A stretch of 21,574 nucleotides of DNA. Source: a bacterium. Lineage in GTDB: Bacteria; Zhuqueibacterota; Zhuqueibacteria; Oceanimicrobiales; Oceanimicrobiaceae. The position numbers and the translations under genes were made by a program. The notes below the pieces were generated by a model. It ran no database searches. It was not told the DNA's origin and saw nothing but the letters and a program-made list of their open reading frames with translations. Location: assembly GCA_046757165.1 (NCBI GenBank), contig JBHHXT010000070.1:1-21574 (forward strand). The letters are read 5' to 3'. The first letter of the stretch is position 1, and every line of letters begins with the position of its first letter. This document shows, in pieces, positions 1-7,109 of the stretch.

Positions 1-17
1 GCTGAAGCATTGCACTC

Positions 18-1148
18 CTACGCAAAGCTCACGACTTGCCGAACCGCCTCACCCTTCGCCAGCGTATCAAAGGCTTCGTTTATCTCATGCAGTTTGAGGG
101 TTCTGGTGTGTAGCAGATCGACTGGCAGTATCCCTGCTTGATAAAGCGAGATAAATCTGGGAATATCGCGTCCCGGCACAGCGGACCCCATGTATGAGCC
201 GACGACCGTCCGCTCTTCGGCCACCAGGCTGACAGCAGAAATGGTGAATTGTTTGCTGGGGTGCGGCAGCCCAATGGTCACGGTTTTGCCGCCGCGCCTG
301 GTGGCAGCATACGCTTGCATCAGGACGTCCTCGTTGCCAACGGCTTCAAGCACCACCTCTGCGCCGCCGGCAGTCAGGTCTTTGATTTCCTCAAGGGTTT
401 TTTCCGCAGTCGCGTTGATCGTATGGGTGGCGCCGAGCTGGCGGGCTATGTCGAGCTTGCTGTCCAGAACATCTACGGCCAGCAAGGGGTTCGCGCCGGC
501 AGCTTTCGCTCCCATGACCGCACTTAGCCCGACCCCCCCGAGGCCGAACACCGCAACACTTTGACCCGGCGCAACATTAGCGGTGTTCACCACCGCTCCA
601 ACGCCGGTCATGACAGCACAGCCGAACAAAGCGGCTTTATCTAACGGTAAGTCCGGAACGATTCTTACCAGCGACTCCCGAGCAGCGACGGTAAACTGCG
701 AAAAAGCGGAAACACCCAAATGATGATTGAGCTGCTGACCGTTGACGTTCTTGAAATGACGGTTGCCTGAAAGAAGCGTGCCTTGTGTATTCGCCGCCGC
801 GCCATTCTCACACAAAGCCGGACGGCCGGTGGCACACGGAAGACAGTGACCACAAACCGGCACAAATGAAAATACGACGTGGTCGCCCGGCTTCAAATCC
901 TTTACGTCGGCGCCCACCTCGCGAACGATGCCGCTGGCTTCGTGCCCCATGACCATCGGCATCACGCGCGGCCGGGAGCCGTTGATGACGGACAAATCCG
1001 AATGACACAAGCCGCCGGCGGCAATTTCGACCAGCACCTCCCCGGCGGCCGGACCTTGCAACTCCAATTCCTCCACCACCAAAGGTCCTGATTTGGCATA
1101 GGGTGCCGGTTTTTCCATTTCATATAAAACAGCGGCCCGAGTTTTCAT
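18..1148 (-). CDS. Zinc-dependent alcohol dehydrogenase (MDR superfamily, class III / liver-ADH-like group)
   Basis: Catalytic Zn motifs GLCHSD, GHEASG and GCAVMTG; structural Zn cluster CGHCLPCATGRPALC; Rossmann motif GLGGVG. ATG at 1148 is preferred over GTG at 1151 because a GGGAG SD lies 7 nt upstream of the ATG. Confidence 0.93.
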   Translation of the reverse strand: MKTRAAVLYEMEKPAPYAKSGPLVVEELELQGPAAGEVLVEIAAGGLCHSDLSVINGSRPRVMPMVMGHEASGIVREVGADVKDLKPGDHVVFSFVPVCGHCLPCATGRPALCENGAAANTQGTLLSGNRHFKNVNGQQLNHHLGVSAFSQFTVAARESLVRIVPDLPLDKAALFGCAVMTGVGAVVNTANVAPGQSVAVFGLGGVGLSAVMGAKAAGANPLLAVDVLDSKLDIARQLGATHTINATAEKTLEEIKDLTAGGAEVVLEAVGNEDVLMQAYAATRRGGKTVTIGLPHPSKQFTISAVSLVAEERTVVGSYMGSAVPGRDIPRFISLYQAGILPVDLLHTRTLKLHEINEAFDTLAKGEAVRQVVSFA

Positions 1149-1217
1149 CACAAAGCTCCCTTCAAGGTTTACAGCGCCCCCTTTGCTATGGCGACAGGCG
1201 CCCGATCATCATTAAGC

Positions 1218-1253
1218 TTGGCAAGTTTCCGAAGATTTGAAAGTATCCAAACG
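1218..1253. promoter_or_regulatory. Tandem operator-like sites upstream of the ADH gene (TTGGCAAGTTTCCGAA 1218-1233; TTTGAAAGTATCCAAACG 1236-1253)
   Basis: The second site matches 17/18 nt of the palindrome core upstream of the adjacent regulator (1920-1937). The first matches 13/16 of the core. The second site overlaps the predicted -10 element. Confidence 0.7.
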
Positions 1254-1268
1254 CCATGAGTAAATCAA
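1240..1268 (-). promoter_or_regulatory. Putative sigma70-type promoter for the ADH gene (TTGATT-N17-TACTTT)
   Basis: Minus-strand -35 at 1263-1268 and -10 at 1240-1245, 17-nt spacer, about 90 nt upstream of the start codon. Confidence 0.5.
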
Positions 1269-1294
1269 ACCCTCTTCATGCGAGCATAAGAGGG
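1262..1294 (-). terminator. Putative intrinsic terminator after the GbsR/MarR gene
   Basis: Minus-strand hairpin CCCTCTT-ATG-(CTCG)-CAT-G-AAGAGGG followed by TTTGATTT, starting 16 nt after the stop codon at 1311. Confidence 0.6.
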
Positions 1295-1310
1295 GCTTGA
1301 CGTGGTTATG

Positions 1311-1883
1311 TCAAGTTGAGAGTTCTTTTTCTTCTTTGACAGCTTGTTTTGAGGCCAACGAAGTTAAATACTCTTCGAAGGTGGGAACGGTTTTGACCAC
1401 CTCAGGCCATTCGTCGATGAACCGCTTGTAAAATTCCAGAACTCTTTTGTAGAAGAAATGCATCTCCAGCACCCGTTTGCAGAATGGAAGCATATTCTTT
1501 CTCGCTTCGGGACTGGCCTTTTCATACTTCCTGATGAGGATATGAAGGTATTTTTGAGCAATCTCAAAACTATGCTGATGGAGTCGATAAAAGCGATGGC
1601 TGCTGCGGATAAAGAAGTCATCAGCGAGCTGATAGTAATCTTTGCGGTCGTTTCGGACCCACATTTTGCGCACAAACCCCATTTCTTCCAGTTGGCGAGC
1701 ATGGGTACTGACCGGGCCTTTACTCACTTCCAGTTTCTGGCAGATTTCATCCAGAGACAGAGGCTTTGGACTGGTAATGAGGAGCCCAACGATGCGCCCT
1801 TTGAGCATTGGCTGTCCAAAGTCGGAATACGCTTTGCCGATATCTTCGACCAGGGCGTAAATAGCGTCAATCAGGTTGCTCAT
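1311..1883 (-). CDS. GbsR/MarR-family winged-helix transcriptional regulator
   Basis: GRIVGLLITSPKPLSLDEICQKLEVSKGPVSTHARQLEEMGFVRK...DRKDYY is a typical GbsR-like wHTH followed by a helical C-terminus. ATG 1883 (190 aa) is preferred because the TTG at 1934 sits at the predicted TSS inside the operator palindrome. The 1934 start remains possible. Confidence 0.85.
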   Translation of the reverse strand: MSNLIDAIYALVEDIGKAYSDFGQPMLKGRIVGLLITSPKPLSLDEICQKLEVSKGPVSTHARQLEEMGFVRKMWVRNDRKDYYQLADDFFIRSSHRFYRLHQHSFEIAQKYLHILIRKYEKASPEARKNMLPFCKRVLEMHFFYKRVLEFYKRFIDEWPEVVKTVPTFEEYLTSLASKQAVKEEKELST

Positions 1884-1914
1884 AGAATGGAGATGCCTTT
1901 GAAGAATGGATTTG

Positions 1915-1940
1915 TATCGTTTGAAAGTTTCCAAACGATA
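1915..1940. promoter_or_regulatory. 26-bp palindromic operator TATCGTTTG-AAAGTTTC-CAAACGATA
   Basis: Perfect 9-bp inverted arms (1915-1923 and 1932-1940) lie over the predicted transcription start of the regulator gene. The core recurs upstream of the ADH gene. Confidence 0.75.
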
Positions 1941-1942
1941 AT

Positions 1943-1971
1943 ACAGTACGGAATCGCGGGATAAAAGTCAA
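1943..1971 (-). promoter_or_regulatory. Putative sigma70-type promoter for the regulator gene (TTGACT-N17-TACTGT)
   Basis: -35 at 1966-1971 and -10 at 1943-1948, with a T-rich tract upstream of the -35. Confidence 0.55.
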
Positions 1972-2119
1972 GACAAAAAATATCCTATCTGGATGTCCCC
2001 CAAAAGTTCTTTTTGTGCTTAATGTAAGTTAATCCCGTCGATCAAGCTGAAGGAGTCGTTACGATTGGTCCTGAGGCTAAGCGGGTATGTGAAGAAACAA
2101 GCGCCGGGCAGCTCGTAGC

Positions 2120-5100
2120 TTATCTCGCAACAAACTCCACCACCCGGCCGCGGACACCGCTGAGCCGTTTCAGCAGATAGAGCCTGGAAGCCGCGCCAAA
2201 ACCGCTCGTGCTGAAGCCATAGAAAGATCCGGTCGGAAAGTCAGCGCTCGGCGGCACGAGCGTGTCCAGGTAGACACCGTTTGGCTTGCAGATGTGAATG
2301 CCGTGCTGGTCAGCGATGTATAAAAAATCCTGTCGAATTCGGGCACGGGACTCGGCAGATTCCTGGCCCTGTTCCACAATGGCAATCCGGGTGGGATAGG
2401 TGAGTCTGATCTGCTGGCCGACATCATCCGGGCTGTTTCGTCCCGCAGAACCGAGCACGCGCACCACTTCGCCATCTCCGTTGCACTGCACGATGCGATG
2501 GTTGCCCCAGTCGACGATGTAGATGTGGCCACTCGAATTGACCGCGATGCCTTCCGGACTCTTCAGGGGGGGCTCCAGGCTGAGCGACAAAATCCCTTCC
2601 CGGGTACTGTTGAACTTGTTTGAATAGGTCCAGAGCGCGTTTTCCTGCGCATTGACGGCGAGAATGCGGTTGCCGGCCCGGTCCAGGGCACAATCCCGCA
2701 GCTCGATGAGATTCTCAAAATCCAACCGCAGTTGGGAGTCAGGAGCTAGAACGGGGAGTGTGTTCAAGACGTAATTGTCGTCCCAACGTGGGGCGAAAGC
2801 ATAGTCAAAATCATCCATGACCGTCTGCCCCTTATTCGTAACGACGAACTCCAACTTCTTGCTGAGCAATACCGTTTTCTTGTCCAGCCCTGGCTTGTCG
2901 AACACGTATGATTCTTTGAATTCGTAGCAGTGGGCGTTGGTAATGCTGAGCTGCAATTCAGCGTTGAGCGGGATGAATGTTTTGACATAGATGCCGCCCT
3001 TCTCCTGCAAAAGCTCGTCTCCCAGTTTGACCTGCACCTCGGAGTCGAGCTCGCCGGGCAGCACGACCTGCAGGTGCAGAGCGGAGGTGACCGCCCTCCG
3101 CAGCTCATCGAGGGCGTAGGGAGTGCGGGCAAAATAATTCTCATGCGCCAACGATGTGTTCTGCAGATGGTGTTGTGACGGGTAGAACTCTTTTTGTGGC
3201 AAACCGAACTGCATGAGCCACTCGACGCTTTCGCGTGCAAACTTGCTTTTCAGGAATTTCTCCTCTGCCAGCAGCTCGTAAGTCAACAGGTCGGGATGGC
3301 GCGCGGGCTGGAATTCAACCGTGGCGATACGAATGGAGTCGAGGACCGCCAGGCTGCCGCTGTCGTCCGAGGACTCGATGCCGGCGGTCGCATTGGCCAG
3401 CCAGAATTCGTCATAAAGGTAGTCCCCTTGTTGCAGCTTATGGATGATGGTTTCATAGCACTTTTTTGCGGCCCGGCCGTTGTTATCCAGACGGAAGATC
3501 TCCGCAAGATAAAACACCGCGCGCAAATATTTTTTCTCATTGATCAGCCGGATCAAGATCTCGGCAGCGGCATCGAATTCATCAGCAAAGAACAAACAGC
3601 GCGCGCGGACATAGTCGGCTTCGCTCTTGTTCTCATAGCCATCCCGTACGGCCCGCATCGTTTGTGCGGCGACCAGAAACTTGTCCATTTTTGCGAACAG
3701 CGTCTCCTGGATTTCCGCCTCCAGCGACTGCACGATGCCCTGGAAAAAGCGCGTGTCGTCGCGCAGTCTCAATTCCGTAATCCTGAACAACCGATGCAGC
3801 AGTTTGATGTACCGTTCCCGGGTCCTGCCGATGTTGAGAGCAGTTCTCGGCAAGAAGAAACGAATCGTGGCCAGCGTGAGCTGTAGTTTTTCTTCATCCG
3901 TTCCGGTCAGCACCTCTGACCAAATCCGGTCCGGGTTGCGCGTGACGCTGCTGTTGGCCAACAAGTTCAATTGCTCCGTTCGATTTCGGACTGTGCGATT
4001 CTGAGGGGCAAACCTCTGGAGATCGGCGACCAGCTCGCGCAATTTCCTTGTGTCGCCGGCGAGGTAGGTGGCTTCAAAGTCGAGCAGATACTTGCGGTAC
4101 CTCGCATCCTCGAGCAAGATCTGCTGCCGCCTGGTTCTTCGTCGTTCTGCCAGCTCGAGGCGCAGGAAGGAATCCAAACGCTGGCGACTGTGCTCCCTGG
4201 CCCCCTGCACCATCTGAAGGTACCCCAACCAGTAATCGGATTCAGGTTCGGCGCGAGCGGAATCGTAAAACGCCACCGCTAAATCGTTGAACTCCACCCC
4301 TTCAGCATCCGGGTGACTGTGCAGTAGATTTGCTCGTCTGAACAGTCGGGCCACGGCCAAATCCGGATGGCTCGTCCTGCGCCATACGCGCATAAACGCC
4401 TCCCGGTCCGCTGAGCTGCGCGTCAGGAAGTGTGTGTTCAGATGTCGATTCAAGTCCAGATAGGCAAGCGTAGAAGACCACCTCTTTTGGATCTCAGGCC
4501 TGTGCTCGAACAAGGAAGCGACCTTCAGATCTCGCAACAAAGAGAGGCACAAGTCGCGATGCTCGTTTGCCTTGTTGACCACCTCAGCGCTGTCAGAAAT
4601 CTGCAACGACAGCGCTTGATAGAATTTCGCAAAGGCAAACTTTAGCTGCTCCTGCTTGACGGCAACCAGGGCCTGTAGTTCAGCAAGATGGTGGGGGGAA
4701 GAGGGATCTGGTTTGAATTCAAGCAGGTGGCGGTACAGTGTCTGCATAGCCGCTTGCGAATTCAGGATCTCGTCCAGCGTCGCTGGTTGGCCTTCCTCAT
4801 CCAGGTACTTCAGAAAGGCCGCCGTCACACCCTTGACCTTGCTTTCCGCCGCCATGTAGGTGGAAAACATCTTGATGGAATCCGGCGCTTCCGGCGAGAA
4901 TGACATGAATTCGCCATGGGCGCGCAGAAATTTCTCCTCCGGATCCGCATCCAGTTCGGCCAGGCGATAGGAACACCAGCCGATCTTATACTTTGAATAG
5001 AAATAGTATTCGGTGAAGTCTCGTCGCAAGTCAGGGCTCTGGATGGCAAGCTTGAACTCTTCCCAGGCCTGCTCCAGGAAGGTCCTCACCTGGTCATCAT

Positions 5101-5335
5101 CCGTGTCGGTCAACGCTTTGTTGTAATAGCTTTCCGCGTAGAAATATCTGGCGAGCCCCTCCTCGCGGGGATTCGCTTCGATGAACCCGGGAACCATCAT
5201 AATCAGCGAATCATATTCGGCACGATTGTACAGATGGATCCCGCTGATAAACTCCTGGGCATTGGCCAACCCGCTTTGCAGCGCAAAACAGATAAGAAGC
5301 AGCACCCACTTCCGCAAACCCAAAGTCACCTCCAT
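2120..5335 (-). CDS. Large exported TPR/alpha-solenoid protein with a beta-sandwich (PEGA/carboxypeptidase-regulatory-like) domain and a C-terminal NHL beta-propeller (1071 aa)
   Basis: Start at ATG 5335, 2 nt after the upstream stop, gives the signal peptide MEVTLGLRKWVLLLICFALQSGLANA|QE. TPR-like motifs: ARYFYAESYY, DYWLGYLQMVQG, ADYVRARCLFFADEFDAA, AVFYLAEIFRLDNNGRAAKKCYE. NHL repeats: LKSPEGIAVNSSGHIYIVDWGNHRIVQ and LTYPTRIAI...LYIAD. Confidence 0.8.
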   Translation of the reverse strand: MEVTLGLRKWVLLLICFALQSGLANAQEFISGIHLYNRAEYDSLIMMVPGFIEANPREEGLARYFYAESYYNKALTDTDDDQVRTFLEQAWEEFKLAIQSPDLRRDFTEYYFYSKYKIGWCSYRLAELDADPEEKFLRAHGEFMSFSPEAPDSIKMFSTYMAAESKVKGVTAAFLKYLDEEGQPATLDEILNSQAAMQTLYRHLLEFKPDPSSPHHLAELQALVAVKQEQLKFAFAKFYQALSLQISDSAEVVNKANEHRDLCLSLLRDLKVASLFEHRPEIQKRWSSTLAYLDLNRHLNTHFLTRSSADREAFMRVWRRTSHPDLAVARLFRRANLLHSHPDAEGVEFNDLAVAFYDSARAEPESDYWLGYLQMVQGAREHSRQRLDSFLRLELAERRRTRRQQILLEDARYRKYLLDFEATYLAGDTRKLRELVADLQRFAPQNRTVRNRTEQLNLLANSSVTRNPDRIWSEVLTGTDEEKLQLTLATIRFFLPRTALNIGRTRERYIKLLHRLFRITELRLRDDTRFFQGIVQSLEAEIQETLFAKMDKFLVAAQTMRAVRDGYENKSEADYVRARCLFFADEFDAAAEILIRLINEKKYLRAVFYLAEIFRLDNNGRAAKKCYETIIHKLQQGDYLYDEFWLANATAGIESSDDSGSLAVLDSIRIATVEFQPARHPDLLTYELLAEEKFLKSKFARESVEWLMQFGLPQKEFYPSQHHLQNTSLAHENYFARTPYALDELRRAVTSALHLQVVLPGELDSEVQVKLGDELLQEKGGIYVKTFIPLNAELQLSITNAHCYEFKESYVFDKPGLDKKTVLLSKKLEFVVTNKGQTVMDDFDYAFAPRWDDNYVLNTLPVLAPDSQLRLDFENLIELRDCALDRAGNRILAVNAQENALWTYSNKFNSTREGILSLSLEPPLKSPEGIAVNSSGHIYIVDWGNHRIVQCNGDGEVVRVLGSAGRNSPDDVGQQIRLTYPTRIAIVEQGQESAESRARIRQDFLYIADQHGIHICKPNGVYLDTLVPPSADFPTGSFYGFSTSGFGAASRLYLLKRLSGVRGRVVEFVAR

Positions 5336-5337
5336 CG

Positions 5338-5937
5338 TTAATTTTCGCTCAAAATCTTGATGCTGTTGCTGTCGAGTCCCTTGACGAAGCACAGAATGCC
5401 ATCCTGGAGATGGTGATACGGGCCGATATATCTAAAGTTTTTTTGCATTCGTCGCAGATCGATTTGGACCTTCATGCTTTCCAGCCGTGTCGGCACGTTG
5501 AAGTAGTAGCGTATCGTTCCGGTGCGGTAAGGCGTAAATCGCCAGGAGCGCAAGACGGTCTGGATATACTGCCCGGCCTTGGGGTGACCGCGGTCACGCA
5601 GTTTCGTGATCATAAAACTGCCATTCTCGCCGATAGCGCCCTCGAGCATGACGTCTGCTCTTCTGTCCATTCGCTCCAGCAGCTCCCAGTCGATTGGCAG
5701 GGGATTGCGATTAAAATCGATTTCAAACTTCAGCACCTTCAGAGGAGGGCCAACGATTCTAATGCTCCGCGTCCCCGGTCGCTTCGGAACCGGGATCTCC
5801 TCGCGGTCGACTCTGACCGGAATGATCTTCTCGGTCTTGGGGATTTGTGACAGCAAAACATGGCGATACGCCAGCAAAGTGAGGATGCCCCCGAGAAACA
5901 CATAACCAGTTATTCGCAAAAATTTCTTGTTCATCAT
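5338..5937 (-). CDS. Short membrane-anchored TonB C-terminal-domain-like protein (putative energy transducer)
   Basis: N-terminal TM helix, short Pro/basic linker, then DVMLEGAIGENGSF...RDRGHPKAGQYIQTVLRSWRFTPY, which resembles the TonB_C pattern (V.l...I..dG...S.hp......v..WrF.P). It lies directly after exbB-exbD-exbD. Confidence 0.65.
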   Translation of the reverse strand: MMNKKFLRITGYVFLGGILTLLAYRHVLLSQIPKTEKIIPVRVDREEIPVPKRPGTRSIRIVGPPLKVLKFEIDFNRNPLPIDWELLERMDRRADVMLEGAIGENGSFMITKLRDRGHPKAGQYIQTVLRSWRFTPYRTGTIRYYFNVPTRLESMKVQIDLRRMQKNFRYIGPYHHLQDGILCFVKGLDSNSIKILSEN

Positions 5938-5939
5938 GA

Positions 5940-6503
5940 TTACAAATCGATTTGGATCACGTTACCGGCGACATGAATATTTCGACTATTTTTGATTTCT
6001 TCGATGGTGCCCGCAACACAGCCATACTCGAAGTTTGGCGCATCCACCAGCTTCTCTACAATCTTCGTGGCGTGGTGATACGGCAGATAGTCGGGACAAC
6101 GAATGAGAACAAAGTAATCCTTATTCGGCTGTTCCCTGGCGTCAGCGACGAGCTTGTAGATGCGCTGTTGCAGCGCGGCAGAATCCAGGGTCATCTTCTG
6201 CAACAAAACGTCCACCTTCGCCTCGGTGCTGAGCGCATTCCTGCGCTTATAGGTGTAATAGTTCAATGTATCGATAGCTGTATGGTCGACCCAGAGATAT
6301 TTCTGGTCATCCAGAATCTGCACCAGCACCTGTGCTTCCCCGGGCTCGTTTTTTGGCGTCGGAATGTAGAGGCGCGCCTCGCCCTTGGTGAGCTTGATCA
6401 GAATACTTGTGATGATGAAAAAAATAAGCAAAATGAAAATCAGGTCGATCAAGGAAATCATCTGGATCTTGCGATTTCCCAGAGAGAGTCTTCGAAATGC
6501 CAT
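5940..6503 (-). CDS. exbD: ExbD/TolR-family biopolymer transport protein (copy 2, 187 aa)
   Basis: TM motif ISLIDLIFILLIFFII with the conserved Asp, followed by IPTP and a periplasmic domain. Confidence 0.85.
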   Translation of the reverse strand: MAFRRLSLGNRKIQMISLIDLIFILLIFFIITSILIKLTKGEARLYIPTPKNEPGEAQVLVQILDDQKYLWVDHTAIDTLNYYTYKRRNALSTEAKVDVLLQKMTLDSAALQQRIYKLVADAREQPNKDYFVLIRCPDYLPYHHATKIVEKLVDAPNFEYGCVAGTIEEIKNSRNIHVAGNVIQIDL

Positions 6504-6516
6504 CTGGTTCGCCTAT

Positions 6517-7107
6517 CTAAAGCATGGTTCGAATAATAATCTGCGGTATCGCGTCCTGGTACATGCTGCACTGCTCCATGACAAAATTCAAGATTCTGAA
6601 CTCCGTATTTTGATCCGCCCGCACTTCAATGATGGGATGGCCGTTGCGCCGATAGAGGCGGTCCTTTGCGACATATCGCCGGATGGAATTCGTCAGCAAG
6701 GTGCAGGCCGGCAGGGTGACAAACGCCTCGGTGGGTAGCGCAAGAAAATCGGATGGAAATTTTGCAAAGGTGGAATCTTCCAAAGCGTGCTTGAAAGCCT
6801 GCCCGCGCGTCGTTTTCAAGGTGTCCCTGAACGAGGGCCACAAAACGTACGCCTTGCGCAGAATCTCCCCATCACTGGTGTCCGGCATGACTTGAATCAA
6901 AAGATTCTCCAGCGCGTCATTGCGAATAACGGGGAGTTGGGAGTCGGTTTTGGGCAGCTCCATGTCAGAGTAGACTTTCGATTCAGAAACGTCGCCGCTG
7001 ATAGAAAATGCAAAAGAGACCAGGAAGAATATCAGCAGCAGAAAGACCACATCGATCAAGCTCGTCAACTCCAGACTACGCGCACTTTCACGTCGTTCAA
7101 ACGGCAT
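6517..7107 (-). CDS. exbD: ExbD/TolR-family biopolymer transport protein (copy 1, 196 aa)
   Basis: Real start is ATG 7107 (MPFERR...), 2 nt after the exbB stop. Motifs LELTSLIDVVFLLLIFFLV, MELPKT and IEVRADQNTEF. Confidence 0.88.
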   Translation of the reverse strand: MPFERRESARSLELTSLIDVVFLLLIFFLVSFAFSISGDVSESKVYSDMELPKTDSQLPVIRNDALENLLIQVMPDTSDGEILRKAYVLWPSFRDTLKTTRGQAFKHALEDSTFAKFPSDFLALPTEAFVTLPACTLLTNSIRRYVAKDRLYRRNGHPIIEVRADQNTEFRILNFVMEQCSMYQDAIPQIIIRTML

Positions 7108-7109
7108 CT

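Noticed and set aside
5336..5392. 19-aa N-terminal extension of the TPR/NHL ORF (start 5392)
   Set aside because: It overlaps the TonB-like gene. ATG 5335 gives a proper signal peptide and the same 2-nt coupling seen at other junctions.
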